Shown one piece after another: positions 30,344 to 40,450 of a DNA stretch of 64,000 nucleotides. The stretch is from an uncultured delta proteobacterium. Lineage in GTDB: Bacteria > Desulfobacterota > Desulfobacteria > Desulfobacterales > SG8-13. Location of the stretch: NCBI GenBank assembly GCA_963848135.1, contig CAWKCK010000009.1, positions 62,001 through 126,000 on the forward strand, written 5' to 3'. The notes beneath the pieces are model-generated. The model had not been told where the DNA came from. It saw only the letters and a program-made list of their open reading frames with translations, and ran no database searches. Position 1 is the first letter of the stretch, and every line of letters starts with the position of its first letter. The position numbers and the translations under genes are program-made.

Positions 30344-30548
30344 AAACTGATCGGTTTCCCGCCCAGGCGGGATTCAGGGTTAAAGGCTCAAGGGTTTTAA
30401 CATTCTTTTAAACTCCATTGTTTGGATTGGCCGCTTACACCCATTGGGTGAAACATGGAATTCCACCTGTTCGATTGAAATAATGGTTTTAAAATACCGT
30501 TTTGAGGGTCAACGAGTAATTTCTCCGGCTTTGCCGGAGATCATTGAA
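30344..30548 (+). mobile_element. Possible internally deleted IS200/IS605-derived miniature element, no transposase
   Basis: Left hairpin tcccgcc-ca-ggcggga after aaactgatcgg. Right end accgttttgagggtc..tctccggc-ttt-gccggaga-tcattgaa matches the reverse complement of 142-195. Confidence 0.4.
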
Positions 30549-30567
30549 TTAGGCGATGAGACGCTAT

Positions 30568-30870
30568 ATGAAACGCGATGAGATAGAATCGGCTATTTTA
30601 AAGATTTTCAGCGAGAATTTTGAAATCGATGCCCCTGACGTCAATGAGGATTTGAGGGATGTTTACGAATTCGACAGTATCGATGCTATAGAACTTCTGC
30701 GCGAGATCGAGATCCTTCTCGAGACCCAACTGACCCGGCCGGAAAAGAAAAATGCCATGGAAATTCGAACCATCAACCAGATTGTTGACTATATAGAAAC
30801 ACTGGCCCTTGCGCGACGTTCTTCGGTATCGGACAATTCCGAAGAAGGTCAGAAAATAACGGAAATATGA
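30568..30870 (+). CDS. Acyl carrier protein (ACP-1)
   Basis: Acidic, ~100 aa, FDSIDAIELL phosphopantetheine-Ser motif, RTINQIVDYI. Start is 30556 or 30568. Confidence 0.88.
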   Translation: MKRDEIESAILKIFSENFEIDAPDVNEDLRDVYEFDSIDAIELLREIEILLETQLTRPEKKNAMEIRTINQIVDYIETLALARRSSVSDNSEEGQKITEI

Positions 30871-32108
30871 CGGCAAGACGGGTTGTCATTACAGGCCTCG
30901 GCGCGATAACGCCGATCGGCCGGACCCGGACAGATATACTTCGCCATCTGGTTGAAGGGATTTCCGGGGTCAAGAAGCTCCGTTCCGACGGGCTCCTCAC
31001 CGACCATATCCACTCCGGTGTTTACGGCACGGTGGACTATCCCCTCGATTACGATTTCAAACGCACCCACAGGAAAACCATGGGCCCGGTTTCCTATTAT
31101 GCCTGCCAGGTTGCAAAGGAGGCGCTGGAATCATCGGGACTCGATTCGGCGTTTATCACCTCGGGACGTCTCGGGGTTGCCTTTGGGTCGACCCACGGGA
31201 GTCCGTCGGTCCAGCGGAATATCTACAAAACATTTTTCAACGCATCCAATCGGCAATTTTCTTCCATCGGTGCGGTCGATTATCTCAAATCCATGGTTCA
31301 CACCACGGCGGTCAACATCACCAAGATGTTCGGTATCACCGGAAGGGTCATATCTTCTTCGACAGCCTGCACCACGAGCAGTCAGTCTATCGGGTTCGGA
31401 TATGAAACAGTAAAATACGGCATGCAGGATGCCATGCTTTGTGGTGGCGCCGATGAGTACGATACGACCACCGTGGCGGTGTTTGACAATCTTCTGGCGT
31501 GCTCAACGGAATTTAACCAAACGCCGCATATGACACCACGGCCATTCGACGAAAAGCGCGATGGATTGGTGGTCGGCGAAGGCGCCGGCGCTGTTTTGCT
31601 CGAAGAATTTGAGCATGCCAAAAAGCGGGGCGCCGACATCCTTGGGGAAGTGATCGGTTTCTCCTGCAACAATAACGGTGGTGACCTGATCCTGCCGAAC
31701 AGCCAGGGAATCACAGCGACCATTAAATTGGCCTTGCAAGATGCCGTCATTGATCCAGAATCGGTCGATTTTATCAGTGCTCACGCCACGGCCACCAAAA
31801 TGGGCGACGTGATCGAGGCCCAGGCCATCGGCAGTATATATGGAGACACAGCGCTGGTTGCAGGATTGAAAAGCTACATGGGGCATACCATGGGGTCCTG
31901 CGGCGCCATTGAAACCATTATCACCCTGTTTCTGATGGCGGAAGGATTTGTTCCTCCGACGCTGAACCTGGATAATGTCGATCGACGCTGTGCCATGATT
32001 CGGCACGCGGTTGAAATTATGGAGAAAAAGGTCCGGATCGCCGCTGTTCAAAATTTCGCCTTCGGCGGTGTGAATACCTGCATCATAATCCAAAAATTCG
32101 ACGCATAA
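30867..32108 (+). CDS. Beta-ketoacyl-ACP synthase (FabF/APE-type KS)
   Basis: RRVVITGLG, STACTTS (Cys), RPFD..RDGLVVGEGAG, SAHATAT, GHTMG, NFAFGG. Confidence 0.93.
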   Translation: MTARRVVITGLGAITPIGRTRTDILRHLVEGISGVKKLRSDGLLTDHIHSGVYGTVDYPLDYDFKRTHRKTMGPVSYYACQVAKEALESSGLDSAFITSGRLGVAFGSTHGSPSVQRNIYKTFFNASNRQFSSIGAVDYLKSMVHTTAVNITKMFGITGRVISSSTACTTSSQSIGFGYETVKYGMQDAMLCGGADEYDTTTVAVFDNLLACSTEFNQTPHMTPRPFDEKRDGLVVGEGAGAVLLEEFEHAKKRGADILGEVIGFSCNNNGGDLILPNSQGITATIKLALQDAVIDPESVDFISAHATATKMGDVIEAQAIGSIYGDTALVAGLKSYMGHTMGSCGAIETIITLFLMAEGFVPPTLNLDNVDRRCAMIRHAVEIMEKKVRIAAVQNFAFGGVNTCIIIQKFDA

Positions 32109-32125
32109 TACCCCGGACGATAGAA

Positions 32126-32914
32126 ATGAACGGCAGCGACTATTCCAGGTATCATCGACGGCTGCAACCCACCGTCGACTTTTCTCTTACCGTCTTGCTT
32201 TGGACTTATTTCACGGTCGGATTTGTCTTCTTCTTCTCTCCATTTTATCTATGTGCGCTGTTCTTTTCTTCGAACCGTGAGCAGACCTTCCAACATCTCA
32301 ATAGTCGGTTCTACAGAGGTTTTTTCGCTTTAACACGGGTGCTTATGCCGGGACATCGGTGGCGGATACCGCCTGAAGTGAAAGACATCCGTTCATCGGT
32401 TGTAGTTTGTAATCATCGATCGTACCTCGATTCGATCCTGTTGATCTCTTTATACGAAAAGCACAATACGATCGTAAAGCGTCGTTTGTTCGATATACCG
32501 CTCTTTGGGAAGATGTTGCAATGGTCCGGCTATATACCCTCATCCGCGGACGGTCGATTCGCCGAATTGATGATCCAACGGATCGAAACCGTGGATATAT
32601 TCCTGGCCGAAGGCGGGAATTTGATTATCTTTCCCGAAGGTACCCGGAGCAAATCAGGAAGGATCGGTAAACTCAACAAGGGGGCATTCAAAATCGCCCG
32701 CCGCTGTCGGGTACCGATCAAAGTTCTTTTTATCCGCAACACCGAGAAAATGTTTCGACCCGGATCTTTTTCCTTTGATACCCGGGGGCCCAACACCATC
32801 AGTCTCGATTTGATCGGCAGTATCGACACGGCGGAGGTGAGCCAGGCCGATGGCTTGAAAGAAATGATGACCCGGGTGCGGTCGATGCTTGAAACCGAGA
32901 ATAACTCTGGCTGA
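32126..32914 (+). CDS. 1-acyl-sn-glycerol-3-phosphate acyltransferase (PlsC family)
   Basis: NHRSYLD and IFPEGTRS motifs, KGAF. Confidence 0.9.
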   Translation: MNGSDYSRYHRRLQPTVDFSLTVLLWTYFTVGFVFFFSPFYLCALFFSSNREQTFQHLNSRFYRGFFALTRVLMPGHRWRIPPEVKDIRSSVVVCNHRSYLDSILLISLYEKHNTIVKRRLFDIPLFGKMLQWSGYIPSSADGRFAELMIQRIETVDIFLAEGGNLIIFPEGTRSKSGRIGKLNKGAFKIARRCRVPIKVLFIRNTEKMFRPGSFSFDTRGPNTISLDLIGSIDTAEVSQADGLKEMMTRVRSMLETENNSG

Positions 32915-33045
32915 GCGCAAACCCGAGAAGAATAAAAAAGAAGGGCCGGGGAGTTTCTCCATTCTTGATAACCCTTCCGCTCAAATATTAACGGAACCGT
33001 TCCGAATACGCATACGAATTCAACCCTTCTGAAGGGGGGAAAAAA

Positions 33046-34536
33046 ATGAAAATCTTGTTGATGTCCATGCCAGATGCCGCCCCGGTCATTATGCACGAGA
33101 GTGCTTTTCATATGCCAAACCACGGCATTGCCAGTATCGGCGGCAACGTCGATGACGGGCACTCGGTCTATATCGTCGATTTGATCCGCAAGCGCAGGCG
33201 GGTGGGGAAATATGTGGCCAGAACGCTACGGAAAATACAACCGGATCTGGTCGGTCTGTCGGCCATGGCCTGGCAGTACACTACCTGTATCAAGCTCATC
33301 AAGCTGATCAAGAAAGTGATGCCGAATACCAAAATCGTCATCGGTGGATACCATGCCACGTTGATGTATGAGGAAATTGCGGCTTCGGAGGATTCGTCCC
33401 TGATCGATTTCATCGTCCAGGGGGAAGGCGAAGAGGCGTTTCGACGCCTGGTCAACGCACTCGACGGCAGCGACAGCCTGGCGGATATACCGTCGCTGTC
33501 GTTTAAGACGGACAATCGATTCTGCCACAATCCGCGCGGAGAACTTCTCGACCTGACGCATCTGAAACCTCCCATACGGGACAGGCGACGGCTGACATGG
33601 GGCTACCACATCATGAATAACAAAGTTGAAATGATAGAGACCTCCAGAGGATGCACCCGCGCTTGCAGTTTTTGCAGCATGAAACACATGTACGGCCGCA
33701 CCTTCCGTCCCTTCCCGATGGAACGGATCCTGGCCGACATCGATGATATCTACTACAAACGCAAATGCCGTTGGATTTTCGTGGTCGACGACAATCTGGT
33801 GCTGGAGCCGGATAGGATCATGACACTCTGCGATGGAATAATCGCTCGAAGGTACCGTAACGTGAACTTCGTCGTCCAGGCGGATTGCGTGACCATGTCC
33901 AGGAACGAAACGATGGTGCGCAGGATGGCCCGAGCGGGGTTTCGGACCATTTTCCTCGGGATTGAAAACGTCTCGCGCAAAAACCTGAAATCGGCAGGAA
34001 AGGGAGATATTGTCGATGCCTCCCGTAAGGCCGTGGCCCTTTGCCACAAGTACGGTATTATGGTGGTAGGCGGTATGATTTTCGGCTTCCCGGATGACAA
34101 CGAGGAAGACATCGTCGAAAACTATCGTTTTCTCAAATCGATCAAGGCCGATACATCTTACTGCCAGATATTGACCCCCTATCCGAAAACAGCCATGCGC
34201 CAGCAACTGATCGATCAGGAGCTGGTCACCAACCGGGATGATTTTTCCCGCTATAACGGTATGTGGGCCAATGTGAAAACCCGCCACCTCAGCTCGGAGC
34301 AGCTGCAATACTTGGTGTGGTATCACCGGCAGAAGGTGCTCGGATGGTGGGAGCCGTCGGAAAGAGTTCGAGAGCGCGGCCGGTTGTGGACTTCGATCTG
34401 GTTATACGGATTTAAACCATTTTTAAAAATCTATCTCGGCCGCAGGCAAAGGAAAATAGGGTGGCAGGGGCGGTACGAGATGGAATTGAAACGGATGCCG
34501 GAGATCAACCGGTTCCCGGATCTTGAGCAGGTATAA
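33046..34536 (+). CDS. B12-binding-domain radical SAM protein
   Basis: N-terminal Rossmann-like B12 domain (PDLVGLS, VIGGYHAT, GEGE), ETSRGCTRACSFC, VDDN, GIE, LTPYP.T. Confidence 0.92.
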   Translation: MKILLMSMPDAAPVIMHESAFHMPNHGIASIGGNVDDGHSVYIVDLIRKRRRVGKYVARTLRKIQPDLVGLSAMAWQYTTCIKLIKLIKKVMPNTKIVIGGYHATLMYEEIAASEDSSLIDFIVQGEGEEAFRRLVNALDGSDSLADIPSLSFKTDNRFCHNPRGELLDLTHLKPPIRDRRRLTWGYHIMNNKVEMIETSRGCTRACSFCSMKHMYGRTFRPFPMERILADIDDIYYKRKCRWIFVVDDNLVLEPDRIMTLCDGIIARRYRNVNFVVQADCVTMSRNETMVRRMARAGFRTIFLGIENVSRKNLKSAGKGDIVDASRKAVALCHKYGIMVVGGMIFGFPDDNEEDIVENYRFLKSIKADTSYCQILTPYPKTAMRQQLIDQELVTNRDDFSRYNGMWANVKTRHLSSEQLQYLVWYHRQKVLGWWEPSERVRERGRLWTSIWLYGFKPFLKIYLGRRQRKIGWQGRYEMELKRMPEINRFPDLEQV

Positions 34537-34551
34537 CACGGGTAACTTGCC

Positions 34552-35667
34552 ATGCAGGACGTCTATATTGTCAAAAATGCCATTGTGACGGGCTTGGGAA
34601 ACAGTCTTGCGGAGAATTGGGCTAAACTGTTGGATGGTTGCAGCGCCATCGATATTGTCGATCGTTTTCAAACGGAAGGACTGAGCAGCCGGAAGGCGTC
34701 CTGCACCACCCATTTGCCGGCTCCGGGGGAAAACCGGGTGTGTGCTCTGGTGCGTGATGTGCTTGCCCAGGTTAAGCCGGTCCCTTCCGGGACGGGAATC
34801 GTTTGGGCGGGCATCAAAGGCGGGGCCGAATTTATTGAAACCGGCTGGAAAAAGGAGATGCCCTACCTGCCAGAGCACTACCGTCATTGGGTGGCTGAGA
34901 TTCTGGGTATTGCCAACCGGGGATTTGAAGTCAATGCCGCCTGCGCGTCTTCAACCGTTGGGATGGCCTTGGGGGCCCTTAAAATTGCCCGAGGGGAGTT
35001 CGGCGCTATCCTGGTTTGTGCTGCAGATGTCGTCACCGCTTTCGTCTTTAACGGGTTTTCAGCCCTGAAAGCTCTCACGCCAAGCGTATGCCGCCCCTTT
35101 GACCGCAACAGAAACGGAATGAGCATCGGTGATGGCGCTGTGGCTATTTTGCTGGCAGATGCGGCCACTGCGCGGAAACACAATCTGGAAAGACTGGCGC
35201 GGGTTTCCGGCTGGGGTATATCCAACGATGCCAATCATATCACGGGGCCGGCACGCGACGGCAGCGGTCTGGCTGTGGCCCTCGAAACAGCCTTGAATCG
35301 CGCGGCGATACGAGCGGATGATGTTCAGGCCTATTGCGCCCACGGAACCGGTACCGTTTTCAACGACGCCATGGAACTGGCAGCCATCAAGACGACTTTC
35401 GGCGATCGTCGTTTGCCGGTCTTTTCGGTCAAAGGGGCGGTCGGACACACCCTGGGTGCGGCCGGGGGCATTGATGCCTCTATATGCGTGCGGGCTCTGT
35501 CCAGCAAGCGTGTGCCGCCCACCGTGGGGTTGAAGAAACCGGAAAGGGGGGGCGCAGACAGGGTGGCAAACCAGGCGCAGTCTTTCGGCGGACAGAACAT
35601 TTTAACCTCCAATTCAGGTTTTGGCGGGGTCAACGCTGCAGTGTTTTTAAGCGCAGTGCCATCCTGA
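34552..35667 (+). CDS. Beta-ketoacyl-ACP synthase (flexirubin-cluster-type KS)
   Basis: NAACASS, CRPFD.NR.G, NDANHITGP, AHGTGT..ND, GHTLGAAG, SGFGG.NAA. Confidence 0.92.
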   Translation: MQDVYIVKNAIVTGLGNSLAENWAKLLDGCSAIDIVDRFQTEGLSSRKASCTTHLPAPGENRVCALVRDVLAQVKPVPSGTGIVWAGIKGGAEFIETGWKKEMPYLPEHYRHWVAEILGIANRGFEVNAACASSTVGMALGALKIARGEFGAILVCAADVVTAFVFNGFSALKALTPSVCRPFDRNRNGMSIGDGAVAILLADAATARKHNLERLARVSGWGISNDANHITGPARDGSGLAVALETALNRAAIRADDVQAYCAHGTGTVFNDAMELAAIKTTFGDRRLPVFSVKGAVGHTLGAAGGIDASICVRALSSKRVPPTVGLKKPERGGADRVANQAQSFGGQNILTSNSGFGGVNAAVFLSAVPS

Positions 35668-35708
35668 AAATTCGGGTTAGATTTGTGCAACCGGTTCAAA
35701 AAAAAACC

Positions 35709-36413
35709 ATGGACGTCAACGTTATCGGAGGCGGTTGGGTTACCGCCGGCAGTTTCGGCAGAATGACGGCGACCACCGAACAGAACAGACCGATCCTGTG
35801 CGCAGGGGAGCCAGAGATTCCCCCGCCAACCCAGATCTATTCGGTTCAGCCGGTTCGATATCGACGATTTGACACTTATTCAAGGGCGGGTTGTGCGGCG
35901 ATTGCCCTGGCATTAGCAGACGCCGGTTTGGACCGGGACGGTAACCGGCAACCCATTGGCATCGTTGCCGGAACCCGATACGGGTGTTCCGAGACTGACC
36001 TGGAATATTTCGATACCACAAAAGATCACACGGGTGCTTTTGCGAGCCCGAATCTATTTTCATTCACGCTCCCTGGCATCGCCATCGGCGAGGCCGCGAT
36101 CCACTTCAAACTCACCGGGCCGGTGTTTACCGTGGGCGAAACTGTTGAGAATAGAGGGTGCACGGCCCTGGCGGTTGCCGTCGACCTGCTTGCCTCTGGA
36201 ACCTGCCGCACGATTGTTGCCGGCTGGCTCGATGTCTGGAAGCGGCCATTGCAAACCAAACCGGCAGAAGCAGGGGCCTTGCAGGGGGCTATTTTCGTTG
36301 TTCTTTCGACGGGCCATCCGGAGAAAATCATCCGCAGAATCCGGCAGGAGAACTTCGTGCTGTACGCGGCGTCCGGGATAAGGATTCGCACGATAGTGGA
36401 CCTGTTTCCTTGA
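35709..36413 (+). CDS. Chain-length-factor-like ketosynthase partner (short, KS N-domain only)
   Basis: RYRRFD.YSR and ASPNLFSFTLPGIAIGE, typical of CLF-like partners; no His/His motifs. Real start is ATG 35709. Confidence 0.75.
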   Translation: MDVNVIGGGWVTAGSFGRMTATTEQNRPILCAGEPEIPPPTQIYSVQPVRYRRFDTYSRAGCAAIALALADAGLDRDGNRQPIGIVAGTRYGCSETDLEYFDTTKDHTGAFASPNLFSFTLPGIAIGEAAIHFKLTGPVFTVGETVENRGCTALAVAVDLLASGTCRTIVAGWLDVWKRPLQTKPAEAGALQGAIFVVLSTGHPEKIIRRIRQENFVLYAASGIRIRTIVDLFP

Positions 36414-36435
36414 TGGCGTCAGCCCTCTGGGAGGT

Positions 36436-37701
36436 TCAATCGTCAATCGATTTGCCGAAGGCTTTTTTAATCAGACGACGGTTCCGTGGACGGAACGTAT
36501 CGTCCTCTAATTCTTTTCGAACCACCTGTTGAAACAGGTTGAACATTTTGATCTGTTGGGATTGGTCCCTGTAGAAGGTATCCCAGGCATAGGACAGCAG
36601 TTCCTGGAGTTTCTCAGGCGACATGTGCTTGGGTTGGAATACGACCTTGTCGGCAGAGTAGTCATTCCAATCAAAGGAAAAAATCCGATTTTGCCGTAGC
36701 AGGTCGTTATACACCCGTGTGTGGGGGAAAGGTGTCAGCACCGTGAATTCCGCAAGATCGAGCTCTATCTCCAGGAGAAAATCGATCAATCGTTTAATGC
36801 CGTCTTCCGTGTGATCATCCAGCCCCAGTAGAATCGTGCCCTCAACGGCGATACCATAGTCGTGGTACCGCTTGATCCGCTCCCGAATGACGTCCGACGT
36901 GTCGAATACCGCCTGGTAAACATACCACGCACCGGCGCGTGCCGCCAGGTCGAGGACCTCGGGTTTGTCTTCTATCGGGTGGCTGCACCATTTTTTCTTC
37001 AAGGGGATCATCTCCCGGAAAAGATCCAATTCCCACTGCGTGTCCTGGGCGAGAGAGTTGTCGACCAGGAAAAGGCGGTTGTTATCGATGCCGGCCATCT
37101 CTGCGATGGACTTTTCGATCGGCCGGGGTCGGAAATGCCTTCCTCCCAGGTAAGCCACCGCGCAGGGATAACAGTTGTAACGGCATCCGCGTGAAGCGTG
37201 CACCAGGTCGACCATCTGGATGCCGCGGTAGTTATATAGTTCTTTCTTTAAAATATCGCGCCTGGCGGAGCCCACGATTTCTATCGGCGGCCGGTCGTTA
37301 AGATAATCGTATACTTTCTTCAGATCACCGTTACGCCAGTCCGCACAAACCTCTGGCATCCGTCCTTCGGCTTCACCGAGGAAAACTGCATCAGCATGGG
37401 TTTGTGTTTCCTCGGCATGGAGCATAGTGGCGATGCCGCCGAAGATGACCTTTATGCCTTTATCACGATAGATGTCGGCAATTTCCCAGCCCCGATTGAC
37501 CTGAAGCGTAAGCATCATCGATATGCCCACAAAATCGACCGGCTCATCGAAATCGATGCTGTCCACGTTTTCATCAATAAAGTCCACTGCGACCCCATCC
37601 GGCAATGCGGCAGCAAAAACCACCGGGCCGTGAGGCGGCAAATGAAATTCGGTCTGCCGATTCAGCTTCGGCCACTTGGGATAAATCAGGCGAAATTTCA
37701 T
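36436..37701 (-). CDS. B12-binding-domain radical SAM protein
   Basis: DENV, VIFGG, GEAE, SRGCRYNCYPC, VDN, LTPFPHT. Confidence 0.9.
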   Translation of the reverse strand: MKFRLIYPKWPKLNRQTEFHLPPHGPVVFAAALPDGVAVDFIDENVDSIDFDEPVDFVGISMMLTLQVNRGWEIADIYRDKGIKVIFGGIATMLHAEETQTHADAVFLGEAEGRMPEVCADWRNGDLKKVYDYLNDRPPIEIVGSARRDILKKELYNYRGIQMVDLVHASRGCRYNCYPCAVAYLGGRHFRPRPIEKSIAEMAGIDNNRLFLVDNSLAQDTQWELDLFREMIPLKKKWCSHPIEDKPEVLDLAARAGAWYVYQAVFDTSDVIRERIKRYHDYGIAVEGTILLGLDDHTEDGIKRLIDFLLEIELDLAEFTVLTPFPHTRVYNDLLRQNRIFSFDWNDYSADKVVFQPKHMSPEKLQELLSYAWDTFYRDQSQQIKMFNLFQQVVRKELEDDTFRPRNRRLIKKAFGKSIDD

Positions 37702-37767
37702 GTGTCAGCTCAAAATCAAATAGTCAGTTTCTTTAGAGATTGATCGCGGCAATATTCCAAAGGGTTG

Positions 37768-38430
37768 TCAATGCGATGCCGCAATGGCTTCAACCAGGGT
37801 CATACCGAGTTTGTAGTTTCGGTTGTCGCGAGCGGTCAGCTCGATGGTTTCCGGAAAATCGGTGTTGTTCCATTTATCGGCCTGCACCTTGACCGTGCGC
37901 GTCAAACGCCGTTCACGACTATAGCGCCGCAATTCCCAGGTATTATCCGGGTTGAGGACGATGTCGACGAAACGGCCATCTGGGTTCTCATGACGGCAAA
38001 CGATAGATCCCTCCGCCGATTCACCGAACGCCACCACCGGGCCTTCGGGTTTAAAAAAGATCAACTGGATGTCATCCATGAGGCCTTCGGCAAATTCAGG
38101 GGAGTCAAAGGGTGCAAAAGCTCGGTGTACCGTGAGCTGTTGATCATACTCGCCATCGAAAACCACCAGGCCCTCGAGGGTCATTATTATGCTCCGGGCC
38201 GTTCGGAGCCGGGAAGATATCACTGTGAGGCCCATCGCAATCAGGATGTTGCCTCCCGGAAGTTCGGCTTTGACCGTATGCAGGAACTGCCAGTTTCCAT
38301 CCGGAAAAATCCGGTGGCATTCTGCTGCCGGATCGGACAAAGGCTTTGCTGTCAGCGGCGTAATCGTCGGGAGGTGAGTGCATGACAGCAGCAACAAGAG
38401 GGCTGCGGGTACCAGGAACTGACCTTTCAC
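37768..38430 (-). CDS. Lipoprotein, DUF3261/LolB-like candidate
   Basis: Lipobox LLLLSC, beta-rich sequence, coupled to the lolA-like gene as in APE clusters. Confidence 0.6.
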   Translation of the reverse strand: MKGQFLVPAALLLLLSCTHLPTITPLTAKPLSDPAAECHRIFPDGNWQFLHTVKAELPGGNILIAMGLTVISSRLRTARSIIMTLEGLVVFDGEYDQQLTVHRAFAPFDSPEFAEGLMDDIQLIFFKPEGPVVAFGESAEGSIVCRHENPDGRFVDIVLNPDNTWELRRYSRERRLTRTVKVQADKWNNTDFPETIELTARDNRNYKLGMTLVEAIAASH

Positions 38431-39083
38431 GACAGGGTCCTGAATAGGGCGTCATTGAGGGGCTTATTGAGAACCGTGTTTTTGAATATGAGCCTGGTAA
38501 ACGAATCGTCGGTTTCATAGATCGTGACGGTGTCGATGACGCCGGCCCGTTGGGAAAGCTCGAGTTCGATACGCCGAATCATCTTGGCAAATGCCTCTTC
38601 CTTTGGGGTTAGGATGATTTTGGAGCCGGGTTCCAGTTTGGCCGAAAACATCGGATTCTCATCAAACCGGCCGCCGAGCCATTGCGAGATTTGCTCAAGC
38701 ACCACCTGCATGGCCTGGAGGTTGCCCCCCGATTCCTTGATAATCCCGTCTTCGGTCACGACGTAGCGCTCGATGCGGTTTCCGTGCATGATAAGAATAT
38801 TTTTCAGAGGTTTCTGATATTCCCAACGCAGAGATGCCGGCGCTTGAAAATAAAAAACACCCGAAGAAACGAGCGGGCGCACGAGAATTCGCATGTGTTT
38901 TTCCTGAATGAACTCAGCACTGACCGAGTCCACAATGCCCGTGGTAGATTTCAATTCCTCCCAACTGGATCCCCAGCCAATGGAAATAAAGGCGATGATC
39001 AAGACCGCAGTAACCTGTAGCCGTTTACCCAGTCTATCGTTTATCATCGATTTTCCGTTCCCCTCATCAGCACATACCGCCAT
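38427..39083 (-). CDS. LolA-family outer membrane lipoprotein/lipid carrier
   Basis: SAEFIQEK...L..PLVSSG.FYF..P..LRWEY.KP, D.TR..F.N. The start may be ~39046. Confidence 0.88.
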   Translation of the reverse strand: MAVCADEGNGKSMINDRLGKRLQVTAVLIIAFISIGWGSSWEELKSTTGIVDSVSAEFIQEKHMRILVRPLVSSGVFYFQAPASLRWEYQKPLKNILIMHGNRIERYVVTEDGIIKESGGNLQAMQVVLEQISQWLGGRFDENPMFSAKLEPGSKIILTPKEEAFAKMIRRIELELSQRAGVIDTVTIYETDDSFTRLIFKNTVLNKPLNDALFRTLS

Positions 39084-39822
39084 TTACTGCGATGACCTGT
39101 CCGGTGATATAGGACGCATCCTCCGAGCAGAGAAATCGCACCGTTTTGGCAACTTCTTCCGGTCGGCCGATCCGGGCCATGGGGATCAGGTGTTTGATGT
39201 TTTTCAAAGGGATGTCCTTTATCATTTCCGTATCGATAAGACCCGGCGCAACGACATTGATGCGTACGCCCAATCGCGCAACTTCAGACGCAATGGCCCG
39301 GCTGGCTCCGATTAATCCGGCCTTGGCGGCCGCATAGTTGGCCTGTCCCCGGTTACCGATAAGTGCGGAGACAGAGGCCATGGAGACAATCGCGCCTTTT
39401 TTTTTCACGACCATATTCTCGAGCACCGGGCGGGTGATATTAAAAAAGCCATGCAGGCTTGTATCGATTACCGAATGCCATTTTTTTCGCGACAGCATGA
39501 CGAACAGTTCGTCGGCTGTGTTACCGGCATTGTTGACCAGGACATCAATGGGCCCATGCTCGGCAACGATGTGGGCAACGGCCGCTTGAGTGGCATCAAA
39601 ATCGATGACGTCGAATTGCATAATCCGTCCACCGGCGCCTTGCTTTTCGACCGTTAAAAGGGTTTCTTCAGCAGCCGCAGTGTTAGATCGATAAGTGACG
39701 ATCACAAAATAACCGCTGCGTGCCAGTTCGATGCACACGGCCCGGCCGATGCCCCGGCTTCCACCGGTGACGATGGCAATTTTATTATCTGATTTTTCCG
39801 TCATCCGTATCCTCGTATTCAT
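39067..39822 (-). CDS. fabG: 3-oxoacyl-ACP reductase (FabG, APE-type)
   Basis: VTGGSRGIG, NNAG, NYAAAK, VAPGLIDT, C-terminal VNGGMC. Confidence 0.93.
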   Translation of the reverse strand: MNTRIRMTEKSDNKIAIVTGGSRGIGRAVCIELARSGYFVIVTYRSNTAAAEETLLTVEKQGAGGRIMQFDVIDFDATQAAVAHIVAEHGPIDVLVNNAGNTADELFVMLSRKKWHSVIDTSLHGFFNITRPVLENMVVKKKGAIVSMASVSALIGNRGQANYAAAKAGLIGASRAIASEVARLGVRINVVAPGLIDTEMIKDIPLKNIKHLIPMARIGRPEEVAKTVRFLCSEDASYITGQVIAVNGGMC

Positions 39823-39883
39823 GCGGTCCGCCGGCGGTAAAGACGGTGAAAATAAGGGATCGAATCACAGTACCAGCGGTGCT

Positions 39884-40330
39884 TTACAGTGTTTTTTCTG
39901 CGGTATCGGCACGCAGCAGTTGCAGCGTTATTGCAGCCACTATTTTATTTTGCGTTTCAACCGTACCGTATATTTCGCGAAAACCCTCGAATGCCATCCG
40001 GTTTTCCGCCTTTGAAATGAGCCTGGTGCCGATAGGCAGGGTGTCCACCGATAGTCGGGCTTGGCTGATACCCACAATCCAGCCCTTTTTATCTGCCCCG
40101 GCACCGTGCCGTTTCTCCCTGATCCAACCGTTGTGAATGCCAGCCGTTTGGGCCACCAGTTCGATCAATATGAGGCCCAGTACACCCTGACCGTTGCACA
40201 ACGGCCAAGTCGGTTTAACTACCGAACGGGTTACGGCACTGCTGTCATCGACCTCAAGGATTTCGTCAATCAGCAACATGTGATCCCGGTGCGGCAGGAT
40301 TCTTTCGGGTGTCATACCCGTTGGGTGCAT
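39884..40330 (-). CDS. Hot-dog 3-hydroxyacyl-ACP dehydratase (ApeP/FabZ-like)
   Basis: LPHR..MLLID, LIELVAQTAG, G.IVGI. The ORF opens at 40381 (TTG); ATG 40330 or 40315 is more likely. Confidence 0.82.
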   Translation of the reverse strand: MHPTGMTPERILPHRDHMLLIDEILEVDDSSAVTRSVVKPTWPLCNGQGVLGLILIELVAQTAGIHNGWIREKRHGAGADKKGWIVGISQARLSVDTLPIGTRLISKAENRMAFEGFREIYGTVETQNKIVAAITLQLLRADTAEKTL

Positions 40331-40427
40331 GGAGAACCTGTTGTTTGAGAAAAAAAGATTGAAAAGAGAGATGTTATTCAATAAAATGACAAGTTCCGGT
40401 CAAAACCCTATAGGGCTAACATTTTGT

Positions 40428-40450
40428 AATAATTGATAAAATCAATTATT
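40428..40450. promoter_or_regulatory. Perfect AT-rich palindrome in a divergent promoter region, candidate operator
   Basis: aataattgat-aaa-atcaattatt: 10-bp arms with a 3-nt spacer. Confidence 0.45.

Noticed and set aside
33226..34326. 366-aa antisense ORF, and similar ones such as 8913-9473, 43341-43982, 45026-45700 and 51399-52127
   Set aside because: They lie opposite well-supported genes and have no recognisable motifs; these are typical shadow ORFs.
40433..40445. Canonical FNR box
   Set aside because: The spacer is 3 nt, not 4. Kept only as an unassigned operator candidate.
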